Positions 28,203 through 37,921 are shown, counted from the first letter of the stretch. The stretch is 48,098 nucleotides of DNA from Alphaproteobacteria bacterium (GCA_965261975.1 CBDHEC010000059.1:1-48098); one strand, 5' to 3'. The notes: a model not told the origin generated them from the sequence alone. Program-made: numbers and translations.

Positions 28203-29141
28203 ATGAAAATACTCTATTTCGATGATTTTAGGCTCGGCGTGTTGCGCGGCGATGACGAGGTTGTGGACGTGTCCGCCGAGGTGCAGGACATCGCGCATAC
28301 CGGCCCGCACGACCTGATCAACGGTCTGATCGCGCGTTTCGATGAGTACCGCGAGCGGCTGGAGAAAGCGGTCGCCGACGGCGACGGCATACCGCTCGCC
28401 AATGTGCGCATCCGCCCGCCGCTGCCGCGTCCGGGCAATATCGACTGCATGGCCGTCAACTACATGGAAAACGGCACCCTGCCGAAGCCGGCGCCGATCA
28501 ATGCGTTCAACAAGGCCGGCAGCACCGTCATCGGCGATGGTGACACGATGGTGCTGCCCGATATTCCGGCCTCGATCTTCGAGGGTGAGGCGGAGCTGGG
28601 CCTGGTGATCGGCAAGCGCGCGAAGAATGTCCCGGCCAGTGAGGCGATGGATTACATATTCGGCTACTTCAATTTCATCGACGGCTCCGCCCGCGACATG
28701 CCGACGCCGATCAATGTCTTCTTCGAAGCCAAGAACCGCGACACCTTCGCACCGCTCGGCCCGTGGATCGTTACGGCCGACGAGTTCGACGACCCCCAGA
28801 ATCTGGATGTGAAATTGTGGGTGAACGGGGACCTGATGCAGGACTTCAACACCGACGACATGGCGCACAAGATCCCGCGCCTGATCGAGTATCTGTCCGC
28901 CGTGCACACGCTGGAGGTCGGTGACGTCATTGCGACCGGCACCAACCATCGTGGTCTCAACCCGTTCCAGGGTGGCGACAAGGTTGAGCTTGAGGTCGAG
29001 GGCTGTGGCCGCCTCACGATCAATGTTGAGGATAAGTTGAACCGCACCTGGGCCCGCGTGACCCGGTTTGAACACACATCGGGTGGCAACGAAGGCCGGT
29101 TTACGCCGCAGCTTACCGGCAAATACGCCGCCGACAGCTGA
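28203..29141 (+). CDS. Fumarylacetoacetate hydrolase family protein
   Basis: AVNY, EGEAELGLVIGK, DGSARD, AKNRDTFAPLGP and GDVIATGT motifs. Confidence 0.9.
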   Translation: MKILYFDDFRLGVLRGDDEVVDVSAEVQDIAHTGPHDLINGLIARFDEYRERLEKAVADGDGIPLANVRIRPPLPRPGNIDCMAVNYMENGTLPKPAPINAFNKAGSTVIGDGDTMVLPDIPASIFEGEAELGLVIGKRAKNVPASEAMDYIFGYFNFIDGSARDMPTPINVFFEAKNRDTFAPLGPWIVTADEFDDPQNLDVKLWVNGDLMQDFNTDDMAHKIPRLIEYLSAVHTLEVGDVIATGTNHRGLNPFQGGDKVELEVEGCGRLTINVEDKLNRTWARVTRFEHTSGGNEGRFTPQLTGKYAADS

Positions 29142-29161
29142 TTTCGGCAGTCCGATTTATT

Positions 29162-29190
29162 GAAAGGGGCATGCCGTGCATGCCCCTTTC
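29162..29190. terminator. Bidirectional terminator hairpin between convergent genes
   Basis: Perfect 13-bp stem GAAAGGGGCATGC-CGT-GCATGCCCCTTTC. Confidence 0.75.
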
Positions 29191-29196
29191 GCATTT

Positions 29197-30543
29197 CTAG
29201 AACAGGTTTTTGACGTCGGACGAGAAGGTCGGGAAGGCCGTGGGCGTGTTCTTGATCTGGCTCGCCGTGATCCCATGGGTCATGGCGAACGCGAAGAGCT
29301 GGATCAGCTCCTCGCCGTTATGCCCGACCATCTGGGCACCGACGATTTGGTCGGTGTCCTCGTCGACGAGGACCTTGGAGAAGGCCACCGTCTCGCCATA
29401 GGACTTGCCCGAGAACCAGCCCGTCATGTCGTTGGTCGTCGCGTTGACGTTCAGTCCTTGTTCCCGCGCCTCGGCCTCGCTGAGCCCGACATTCGCAAGT
29501 GCGGGTACCGTGTAGACGCAGTTCGGCACTACCGAATAGTCCGGCGTCTCGACCGGGCCCTCGACAATGTTCTTGCCGACGATGCGCCCTTCATAGGTCG
29601 CGAGCGGCGAAAGCTGGGGTGATGTGACAAGCGCGTCACCGCAAACCCAGACTGCCGGGTTGGATGTCGAGCGCAGATGGTCGTCGACCTCGACCGCGAT
29701 CCCGTCATGCTTGACGTTGCCGGCCGCCAGATCGAGCGTGTCGACATTGGCGACCCGGCCCGCGCCATTGACCACCCGGTCGGCGGTGACGGTGTGGGTC
29801 GCGCCGTCATGCTCGAATTCGACGGTCAGCTTACTGCCGTCTTTGCGAATTTCATTCACCTTCACGCCTGTCTTCACCGACACGCCGATCCGTTCGGTCT
29901 CGCCCTGAATGGCGGCCACGGCGTCGGCATCGATCCGCGGCAGCAGCTGGGGAAGTGCCTCCAGGATCGTGACCTCCGTGCCGGCGCGGGCATAGACATG
30001 GCTGAATTCCATCGCGATCACGCCGCCGCCGACAAAGACGACCGAGCCCGGGCGTTCCCGCTCCAGGAGGACTTCGTCGGAAGTGATCATAAGATCGGCG
30101 CCCGGAATGGGCAGGTTGCGGGGTTTGGAGCCCGTCGCAATGACGATGTTCTCGGCCTCGAGGACCGTGCCATCTACATCGATGCTGTTGGGCCCGACGA
30201 ATTTCGCGTGGCCGCGAAAAATCTTGCCGCGCTTTTCCGCGACACCGGCCATCGCATCGGGGATGAAATCGATCATGCCGGTTTCCCGGTCGATCAGTTT
30301 CGCCCAGTCCAGCTTGGGTTCGCCGACGTCGATGCCATGAACACTCGCCAGCTCGATCTCGTGCAGTGCGTGGGCCGCGGCGACGAGGACCTTTTTCGGG
30401 GTGCAGCCGCGGTTGGGGCAGGTTCCGCCGAAATCTCATTCCTCGACGAAAGCGATTGTCTTTCCGGCTTCGTTGGCCACGGCCGATACGCCGAACCCCG
30501 CGTTGCCGCCGCCGATGATGACGATGTCGAACTTGTTGCTCAT
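29197..30543 (-). pseudogene. Class-I pyridine nucleotide-disulfide oxidoreductase (glutathione reductase/dihydrolipoamide DH family) with an in-frame TGA at codon 36
   Basis: From ATG 30543 (RBS GGAG) the frame reads MSNKFDIVIIGGGNAG...FVEE*DFGGTCPNRGCTPKK and continues in frame into ORF 29197-30276 (IATGS, GGGVIA, CGD, FPT). TGA is at 30436-30438. Confidence 0.85.
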
Positions 30544-30759
30544 CCTTTGTCTCCTTCTTCGCGCATATGGATCATCGCGCGTCCCATCATCCATGATTAT
30601 GGGCTGACGGCCGTCCGGGTCACGCCTCGGGGTGACTATTTGTCTTCACGTTTCGGTGCGGGAGGGCATGCAAGATTTTTGGGATTCGGCCTCAATTTGC
30701 CTAATATGCCTGTAACAACAAGACGTCGGCGGAACCATGCCCGGCGACAGGGGGAGTGA

Positions 30760-31785
30760 ATGAGCAAGAAGATCGCAGTTGTCGGAACGGGCGCCAACGG
30801 CGGCGGTACCGCGGCCGCCTTGGCGCATGCAGGTCTGGACGTGGTCCTGATCGACCAATGGCCCGCGCATGTCGAGGCGATGCGCGCGAACGGCCTGCGG
30901 ATCGATTTTCCCGACGAGACGATCAACGTGCCCGTCGATGCCTATCATCTGTGCGATGTGTGCACGCTCAACGAGATGTTCGACATCGTCCTCGTCATGG
31001 TGAAGGCCTATGACACGCGCTGGGCCTGCGAGCTGATCAAGCCCTATCTCAAGGAAGACGGCCTGCTCGTCGGCGTTCAGAACGCAATGATGCTGAACGA
31101 CATCGAGGAGATTGTCGGCCCCGAGCGCACCTTGGGCTGTGTCATGGAGATGTCCTCGGAAATTTTCACGCCGGGCATCGTGCAGCGAAATACGACACGG
31201 GATCACACATGGTTCGGACTTGGCGCTGTCAACGAGGCGACCGCTGGGCGCGTGGGAGAAATCGAGGAACTCCTGCAGCATGTGGGCAAGGTTTCGATCT
31301 CGGATGAGATCATCTCGGCCAAGTGGATGAAGCTCGTGGTCAACACCATGTGCCTCGGCCCACTCGCGATGTTGGGACTCACTTTGTATGAGGCAATGAA
31401 GGTCCCGGGCATGCGGGAATTTACGCTACGGGCGGGCACCGAGGCGCTGGCAGTCGGCCAGACGATGGGCCACACGATCCAGCCGATTTTCGGCCTGACC
31501 GAGGACGATGTGAAGGATACCAACCGGCTGCTCGAGAAAATGCTCGATAAGCTGGCGGCCGATATCGGCCCGGCGGCCCGTGACTGTGTTCTCCAGGATC
31601 ATCTGAAGGGCCGTTACAGCGAGGTCGATCTGATCAACGGTCTCGTGGTCGAGGAAGGCGTGAAACAGGGCCAGGCCACCCCCGTCAACGCGGCCGTGAC
31701 CGAGATCACCCGGCGGATCCAGGCCGGCGAGATCGAGCCCGACCCGTCCAATCTCGATCTGGCCCGCGAACTGATGGCAAGCTGA
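30760..31785 (+). CDS. Ketopantoate reductase (PanE/ApbA) family oxidoreductase
   Basis: AVVGTGANG, VKAYD, QNA, KWMKLVVN and QD...GRYSEVDLING motifs. Confidence 0.85.
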   Translation: MSKKIAVVGTGANGGGTAAALAHAGLDVVLIDQWPAHVEAMRANGLRIDFPDETINVPVDAYHLCDVCTLNEMFDIVLVMVKAYDTRWACELIKPYLKEDGLLVGVQNAMMLNDIEEIVGPERTLGCVMEMSSEIFTPGIVQRNTTRDHTWFGLGAVNEATAGRVGEIEELLQHVGKVSISDEIISAKWMKLVVNTMCLGPLAMLGLTLYEAMKVPGMREFTLRAGTEALAVGQTMGHTIQPIFGLTEDDVKDTNRLLEKMLDKLAADIGPAARDCVLQDHLKGRYSEVDLINGLVVEEGVKQGQATPVNAAVTEITRRIQAGEIEPDPSNLDLARELMAS

Positions 31786-31792
31786 GCGCCCG

Positions 31793-33391
31793 ATGGCAAA
31801 GCAGAAACCCGACTTTGATGCCCTTATTGTCGGCGCGGGATTTGCCGGCATGTACATGCTGTATCGATTGCGCGAACTCGGCCTGTCCGTGCGTGTTTTC
31901 GAAACCGGCACGGAAGTCGGCGGCACCTGGTACTGGAACCGCTATCCCGGTGCGCGTGTCGACACGGAGACCATGTTCTATTCCTATCAGTTCTCCGAGG
32001 CGTTACAGCAGGAATGGGATTGGCCCGAGCGCTATCCGTCGCAACCCGATATCCATAAATATGCCTGCCATGTCGCCGACCGATTTGACCTGCGGCCCGA
32101 TATCCAGTTCGAGACCCGTGTCGATTCCACGGTTTGGGACGAGGATGCCGGGCTCTGGCGTATCGAGACGGATGATGGTGCCAGCACCACCGCGCGCTAC
32201 TGCATCATGGCGACAGGCTGCCTTTCGGCGGTCAACTATCCGGAATTTGACGGCCTCGAAAACTTCGCCGGCGAGACCTATCACACGGCCCACTGGCCGG
32301 ATGATGGCGTCGATTTCACGGGCAAGCGAGTCGCGGTCATCGGGACCGGGTCTTCGGGGGTGCAGTCGATTCCCGTCATCGCCGAACAGGCGGCGGTGCT
32401 TCAGGTGTTCCAGCGCACCGCGAATTATGTGATTCCATCTCGCAACCGGCCTATGGATCCCGACGAAGTGGCCGAGATCAAGGCGAACTATCCCGAACTG
32501 AGGGCCCGTGCGAAGGAGAGTTTCTCCGGCAATTATTTTCCCGTCGCCGGTCCGTCCGCCCTGGCCGTGTCGAAAGAGGAACGTGACCGCGAGTATGAGG
32601 CACGTTGGGCGCAGGGTGGGCTTGCCTTCATGGCCGCCTATGCCGACTTCCAGACCAGTGATGAAGCCAATGAGACAGCGTCGGAGTTCATTCGCGACAA
32701 GATCCGCGGGATTGTCGACGATCCGGAGACGGCAGAACTGCTCGCACCCAAGCAGGCATTCCTGTGCAAGCGGCTGTGTGTCGGGACCGACTATTACGAG
32801 ACTTACAATCGCGACAATGTTTCGCTGATCGACATCAGCGACAAACCGATCGAACGGATCACGGCTGAAGGCGTGTGCGTCGATGGCCGGGTTTACGAGG
32901 TTGATGCACTGGTTCTTGCCACGGGCTTCGATGCGGTGACCGGCGCACTCAAGCGGATCGATATTTGCGGCGTCGACGGCGTCAAGCTGCGGGACAAGTG
33001 GAAAGACGGCCCGCGCGCCTTTCTCGGTCTCGGCATCGCGGGATTCCCGAACCTCTTCACCATCACCGGGCCCGGGAGCCCGTCCGTGTTGACCAACATG
33101 ATCCCCTCGATCGAACAGCATGTGGAGTGGATCACCGCCTGCATCGACCACATGCGCAGCCATGACAAGGCACGCATTGAAGTGGAGCCCGCGGCCGAGA
33201 ATTCATGGGTCGATCATGTCAACGAGGTCGGCGACCTGTCGCTGCGCGCGACATGTCAGTCCTGGTATTTCGGTTCAAACATCCCCGGGAAACCGCGGGT
33301 GGTTCTGCCCTACAGCGGCGGATTTCCGGTCTATGTCCGGAAGTGCGATGAGGTTGCAGCGAACGGCTATGCGGGTTTTGCGCTGAACTAG
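31793..33391 (+). CDS. Type I Baeyer-Villiger monooxygenase
   Basis: GAGFAG, GGTWYWNRYPGARVD, fingerprint FAGETYHTAHW (FxGxxxHxxxW), GTGSSG and ATGF motifs. Confidence 0.95.
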   Translation: MAKQKPDFDALIVGAGFAGMYMLYRLRELGLSVRVFETGTEVGGTWYWNRYPGARVDTETMFYSYQFSEALQQEWDWPERYPSQPDIHKYACHVADRFDLRPDIQFETRVDSTVWDEDAGLWRIETDDGASTTARYCIMATGCLSAVNYPEFDGLENFAGETYHTAHWPDDGVDFTGKRVAVIGTGSSGVQSIPVIAEQAAVLQVFQRTANYVIPSRNRPMDPDEVAEIKANYPELRARAKESFSGNYFPVAGPSALAVSKEERDREYEARWAQGGLAFMAAYADFQTSDEANETASEFIRDKIRGIVDDPETAELLAPKQAFLCKRLCVGTDYYETYNRDNVSLIDISDKPIERITAEGVCVDGRVYEVDALVLATGFDAVTGALKRIDICGVDGVKLRDKWKDGPRAFLGLGIAGFPNLFTITGPGSPSVLTNMIPSIEQHVEWITACIDHMRSHDKARIEVEPAAENSWVDHVNEVGDLSLRATCQSWYFGSNIPGKPRVVLPYSGGFPVYVRKCDEVAANGYAGFALN

Positions 33392-33467
33392 GTACCGCGC
33401 CCGGTAAGGGTTTGTTTATCCGCGTAATATACAACGGCATGATCGGCGAAAAACGCGGAGTAAGATC

Positions 33468-33731
33468 ATGTCTGGGTTCCTTGTGAACGACGAAAACCCC
33501 GAGGGCTACAAGCTGGAGGTCATTCTCACGGCTATTCGGAATGAGATCATCCAGCGTGCGACCAAGATTATGGATGATGGGCGCCCCGAGGCGACCACCG
33601 TGGTCAACAACAATATCAAGATCCTGAACCATCTTGCCGAGAGCATTACGCTCGCCGAGAACAGTACGTCGGTCCTGCAAAAATCGTTCGGCGATCGTTC
33701 GTCCGACGTGCCGCGGATCGGCAAGGCCTGA
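33468..33731 (+). CDS. Small hypothetical helical protein (87 aa)
   Basis: RBS GGAG and host-like codon usage. NPEGYKLE...NNIKIL...AE pattern with amphipathic helices. Confidence 0.75.
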   Translation: MSGFLVNDENPEGYKLEVILTAIRNEIIQRATKIMDDGRPEATTVVNNNIKILNHLAESITLAENSTSVLQKSFGDRSSDVPRIGKA

Positions 33732-33740
33732 CCCGAAGAT

Positions 33741-34943
33741 CTAGCCGGTGTGGCGCCGGGCCCTGACAAACGCGATCAGGCCGACCGTCACGACCCCCAT
33801 CACCACCGCATAGGTGTTTGACACGCTGCCCATGGCATCCGCCAGGGCGGACAGGACGGCAGTCCCGAAAATCACACCGGCATAAACCGGCACACCGATG
33901 CCGCCGGCGACGGCACCCGACTGTTCATGCGGTGCGTGCCCGACCGTCGAGCTTATGAACACCCCCGTCCAGCCAAGCGCGCTTGCGGCGAATGCGACGA
34001 AGAAGAAGTAGATCGCCCAGACCGGCCAGTCCGGCCCAATCCAGATCATGGCGAAGGCGCCGGCCAGGTTCATCACACCCATGATGATCAGGAGCGTATC
34101 GCCGATACCCCAGCGGTCGGCGACGATCCCCCATGCCACGCGGCCGATGATGCCCGCCGCCTGGATGGCGGCCAATACGGCCCCGGCCGCGACCAGCGAG
34201 AACTGCGCCTCGACCACCAGGATCGTGACCGCGAAGGTCGAGAGCGAGAGCTGGGTGAAGGCGTAAGTGAATCCGCCGATGCTGAGCCAGCGTAGTGCCG
34301 GCACCCGCCAGACCATCGACATGGCCGCGAAGGCGCCGGCATCGAGCCGAGCGTCGGGGTTCCGTTCCGCATCCCAGCGGTTGCGCCAGGGCTGCAGGAC
34401 GAACATCAGGATGATGCAGAACACGGCCACGATGAGTGGGGCCGCCTGCCAGCCGAAGGCCTCGGCCGTGCCCGGTGCAAAGAGCCCGGCTGCCATACCG
34501 CCGAAAGGCACGCCGGTTTGCTTGACGGAGAACACGAAGTTGCGCGCACCGGTGGGGGTCAGCTTTATCAGGATCTGGGTCGCCGACGGGTTGGTCATGC
34601 CGTAGCCGAAACCCAGAAGCAGGGCGCCGAGGGCCATGACGGGGACCGAGGAGACCGCCGACAGGGCGACGCCGCCGCCACACAGCGCCAGGCTGATCTG
34701 GCTCACCCGCGCCGGGCCCCAGCGCCGGAGCAAGAAATCCGACAGCGCCGAGATGGCTGATGCGCCGGTGTAGATCAGCGCCACCTGGAAACCGATGAAC
34801 TCGACCGGGACGTTGACCCCGTCGGCGACTGCGGGCGCGATCGCGGCGAGGGTCAGGGCAGCGAAGGTTGCCAATGCCTGCACCATGGTGACAGCGAACA
34901 GAACCAGCCAGAGGCGGCGTGAAGCGGCGGGTGAATCACTCAT
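33741..34943 (-). CDS. MFS transporter
   Basis: About 12 TM segments, with RRWGPAR, SVKQTGVPFGG and GRVAWGIVADR motifs. Confidence 0.88.
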   Translation of the reverse strand: MSDSPAASRRLWLVLFAVTMVQALATFAALTLAAIAPAVADGVNVPVEFIGFQVALIYTGASAISALSDFLLRRWGPARVSQISLALCGGGVALSAVSSVPVMALGALLLGFGYGMTNPSATQILIKLTPTGARNFVFSVKQTGVPFGGMAAGLFAPGTAEAFGWQAAPLIVAVFCIILMFVLQPWRNRWDAERNPDARLDAGAFAAMSMVWRVPALRWLSIGGFTYAFTQLSLSTFAVTILVVEAQFSLVAAGAVLAAIQAAGIIGRVAWGIVADRWGIGDTLLIIMGVMNLAGAFAMIWIGPDWPVWAIYFFFVAFAASALGWTGVFISSTVGHAPHEQSGAVAGGIGVPVYAGVIFGTAVLSALADAMGSVSNTYAVVMGVVTVGLIAFVRARRHTG

Positions 34944-35043
34944 GCAGGAATGTCACGTGCGTCGGAATTGACATGAATATGCATCGGGCTGATCTTGGTT
35001 CCGAGCGTTGAACAAGTGTAACCCAAGCCCAAGGAAAATCGCG

Positions 35044-35892
35044 ATGAGTTCCCTCTGGCGAACCCTGCTATTCGTTCCCGCGACCCGCCCCGACCGGTTT
35101 GAAAAAGCCGCGGCGGCGGGCGCAGACATGGTGTGTATAGATCTTGAGGACGCCGTCGCGCTGGACGACAAGGCGGCGGCGCGAGATACGGCACTGGGGT
35201 TTCTTTCTGGACAGCTTCCGGCTGGTCCGCGCTGGGTGTTGCGTATCAACAGTCCCCGTACCGAGTTGGGCCTGCATGACCTGCTCGCCTTGCTTTCGAG
35301 CGCTGCGGCACCGGATGCTCTATTCATCCCCAAGGCGTCGAGTGGCGAGGAGATGCGATGGCTCGATGATCTGTTGTCCGCAGCCGACAGGGATATCGAT
35401 CTTTTGCCGGTTATTGAATCTGCTGAGGGTCTCGACCGGGTTGTGGAGATCGCCGGTTCGTCTCTTCGAAATGTCGCGGTGGGGTTCGGGTCTGCCGACT
35501 ATGCGGCCGAACTGGGCAGCGACATGAGCGTCCCGGCCCTGGCCTATGGGCGCGGGCGGATTGCGGCGGCGGCCGGGCAGGCCGGCATCGCCGCGATCGA
35601 CGGAATCTGGCCCGACTTTAAGGACGATGACGGTCTGCGCGGGGACACCGAACTCGTTCGTAGTATGGGCTTTGACGGGAAAATCGCGATCCATCCGCGT
35701 CAGGTGGATGTGATCCATGCCGTGTTTGCACCGAGCGCGGAAGAGGTTGCGCATGCGCGCCGGGTCGTCGCGGCATCCGAGGCCGCCAAGGGCGGTATCG
35801 CGACCGTCGATGGTGAGATGATCGACAACCCGGTGGTTGTGGCGGCGCAACATGTGCTCGCGCTGGCCGGGGCGGTCAGGAAAGAAAAATAG
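35044..35892 (+). CDS. CitE-like CoA-ester lyase (HpcH/HpaI aldolase-citrate lyase family)
   Basis: LLFVPA, IDLEDAV, RIN, IES, GSAD, GFDGKIAIHPRQ and GEMID motifs. A TTGACA lies at 34968 upstream. Confidence 0.9.
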   Translation: MSSLWRTLLFVPATRPDRFEKAAAAGADMVCIDLEDAVALDDKAAARDTALGFLSGQLPAGPRWVLRINSPRTELGLHDLLALLSSAAAPDALFIPKASSGEEMRWLDDLLSAADRDIDLLPVIESAEGLDRVVEIAGSSLRNVAVGFGSADYAAELGSDMSVPALAYGRGRIAAAAGQAGIAAIDGIWPDFKDDDGLRGDTELVRSMGFDGKIAIHPRQVDVIHAVFAPSAEEVAHARRVVAASEAAKGGIATVDGEMIDNPVVVAAQHVLALAGAVRKEK

Positions 35893-35908
35893 AGATTCGG
35901 GCCGAGCG

Positions 35909-36340
35909 CTACCGCGACTCCTGAACCAGCGTCGCCGGGGTCCACATGGCGCGTCGGCGCGTCTGCCGCTCTTCCAGGTTTTCCTGCGATCTGTGAACCG
36001 GAATGGTCGGACTGGTAATCTCGTCGCGTGCGTCGAGTACGCCTGCCATCACGTTTGCGAATGCACGATCACCGTCTGGCATGAACGCGCCCGCGTAGAC
36101 GCCGCAGGTCCGGCATATTAGAAACTCCGTGCTGCCGAGCCCGAAGGTGTAGCGGTTCAGTTGCGTCGGGTCGGAAGCCGCGAAGGTAAGGTGCCCGGCG
36201 GGGTCTGAGACGGCCGCCGTCGAATGCATGCGGCAAAACGAGCACTGGCATGCCCGCGGCACCATATCGGCGGGCGACAGGTCGGTCTCGAAGACAATGC
36301 TGACATTTCCGCAATGGCAGCTTCCCATCAGTTTCGGCAT
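35909..36340 (-). CDS. GFA/CENP-V family zinc-binding protein
   Basis: GSCHCG, CQCSFC and CRTCG Zn motifs. Confidence 0.85.
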   Translation of the reverse strand: MPKLMGSCHCGNVSIVFETDLSPADMVPRACQCSFCRMHSTAAVSDPAGHLTFAASDPTQLNRYTFGLGSTEFLICRTCGVYAGAFMPDGDRAFANVMAGVLDARDEITSPTIPVHRSQENLEERQTRRRAMWTPATLVQESR

Positions 36341-36430
36341 GGATTTCGGCTCCGGTTGGAGGGGCGAAGCGTGCCCGGAATGCTGGCCACGGACAACCAC
36401 TGGCCTCGTGGGTGATGGCCTGACTCAGAT

Positions 36431-36489
36431 TGCATAAAAAATATGCATAAAAAGTGCAATGATGAAAAATTATGCAAATATTCTGCCCA
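36431..36489. promoter_or_regulatory. NtrC-type enhancer sites upstream of urtA
   Basis: TGCA-TAAAAAATA-TGCA (36431-36447) matches the TGCA-N9-TGCA spacing of the NtrC consensus. Further degenerate TGCA half-sites follow. Confidence 0.65.
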
Positions 36490-36561
36490 AGTTCGCATCA
36501 TTAGAGACACATATCCTTTTTTTCAATTGTAAATACAACAAGTTAGGAGAATAGCCCCCTC

Positions 36562-36577
36562 TGGCACGTGCCTTGCT
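36562..36577 (+). promoter_or_regulatory. Sigma-54 (-24/-12) promoter of the urt-ure locus
   Basis: TGGCAC-GTGCC-TTGCT is a perfect TGGCAC-N5-TTGCW match ~45 bp upstream of urtA. An IHF-like ATACAACAAGTTA lies at 36533-36545. Confidence 0.85.
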
Positions 36578-36620
36578 AATCATGTTGCATCGCAAAAACC
36601 AAAAAGCCCGGAGGCGGAGA

Positions 36621-37904
36621 ATGTTCAAAAGCCTGAAAACCATCGCAGCGGCGAGCGTGCTCGCAGGATCGCTCGCGATAAGTGCGTCGGCACAGGCAGC
36701 CGACACCATCAAGGTGGGGATCCTTCACTCCCTGTCCGGAACCATGGCGATCAGTGAAACCGCGCTGAAAGACGTCATGCTGTTCCTGATCGACGAGCAG
36801 AACAAGAAGGGCGGCTTGCTCGGCAAGCAGATCGAGGCGGTTGTCGTCGATCCGGCGTCCGATTGGCCGTTGTTCGCCGAGAAGGCACGTGAGCTGATCG
36901 AGCAGCACAAGGTTGATGTCGTGTTCGGCAACTGGACCTCGGTGTCGCGCAAGTCGGTGCTGCCGGTGTTCGAGGAGCTGAACGGCATGCTCTTCTATCC
37001 GGTGCAGTATGAGGGTGAAGAATCCTCGCGCAATATCTTCTACACGGGTGCCGCGCCGAACCAGCAGGCCATCCCCGCCGTCGAGTATCTGATGAGCGAA
37101 GATGGCGGTGAAGCCAAGCGTTGGGTCCTTGCCGGAACCGACTATGTCTATCCCCGCACGACCAACAAGATCCTCGAAGCCTTCCTCAAGGCCAAGGGCG
37201 TTCCGGCCGAGGACATCATGATCAACTACACGCCCTTCGGTCATTCCGATTGGCAGACCATCGTGTCCGACATCAAGAAGTTCGCTGCCGCGGGCAAGAA
37301 AACGGCCGTGGTCTCGACGATCAATGGTGACGCGAACGTGCCGTTCTACAAGGAACTCGCCAACCAGGGCATCAAGGCCGAAGACATTCCCGTCGTGGCC
37401 TTCTCGGTGGGTGAGGAAGAGCTTGCCGGTATCGACACCGGGCCGCTCGTCGGGCATCTCGCCGCGTGGAACTATTTCATGAGCGTCGATGCGCCTGAGA
37501 ATGATGAACTGATCGCGAAGTGGCACAAGTTTATCGGCAGCGATGAACGCGTCTTCAATGACCCGATGGAAGCCCACTATATCGGCTTCAACATGTGGGC
37601 CCAGGCGGTCGAGCAGGCCGGCACCACGAACATCGATGCGGTTCGCCAGGCCATGTATGGCCAGGAAGTGCCGAACCTGACCGGCGGTACTGCCGTGATG
37701 AACACGAACCATCATCTGTCGAAACCGGTGTTGATCGGTGAAATCCAGGATGACGGCCAGTTCGCCACCGTGTGGGAAACCGACGGCGTGGTCGTGGGTG
37801 ACGCGTGGAGCGACTTCATTCCCGAGAGCGCCAAGCTCACCGCCGACTGGACCTATCCCTGGGTCTGCGGCAACTGCGAGAAGCCCAAACACCTGACAAA
37901 CTAA
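36621..37904 (+). CDS. urtA: Urea ABC transporter substrate-binding protein
   Basis: Signal peptide, then IKVGILHSLSGTMAISE, DPASDWPLFAEKA, YPVQYEG and GTDYVYPRTTN motifs. Confidence 0.97.
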   Translation: MFKSLKTIAAASVLAGSLAISASAQAADTIKVGILHSLSGTMAISETALKDVMLFLIDEQNKKGGLLGKQIEAVVVDPASDWPLFAEKARELIEQHKVDVVFGNWTSVSRKSVLPVFEELNGMLFYPVQYEGEESSRNIFYTGAAPNQQAIPAVEYLMSEDGGEAKRWVLAGTDYVYPRTTNKILEAFLKAKGVPAEDIMINYTPFGHSDWQTIVSDIKKFAAAGKKTAVVSTINGDANVPFYKELANQGIKAEDIPVVAFSVGEEELAGIDTGPLVGHLAAWNYFMSVDAPENDELIAKWHKFIGSDERVFNDPMEAHYIGFNMWAQAVEQAGTTNIDAVRQAMYGQEVPNLTGGTAVMNTNHHLSKPVLIGEIQDDGQFATVWETDGVVVGDAWSDFIPESAKLTADWTYPWVCGNCEKPKHLTN

Positions 37905-37921
37905 GTACGTACCGTCCGATG

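Noticed and set aside
30380-30438. Selenocysteine insertion at the TGA of the disulfide reductase
   Set aside because: The position is not a catalytic Cys, both redox Cys are normally encoded, and I see no convincing bacterial SECIS hairpin. Kept only as a low-probability alternative.
16958-30543. Genome-wide stop-codon reassignment, suggested by one internal TAG and one internal TGA
   Set aside because: TGA and TAG both end many genes at their canonical C-termini (ureA NPIR-TGA, urtD YLGR-TGA, decarboxylase LLKL-TAG), so the standard code is in use.
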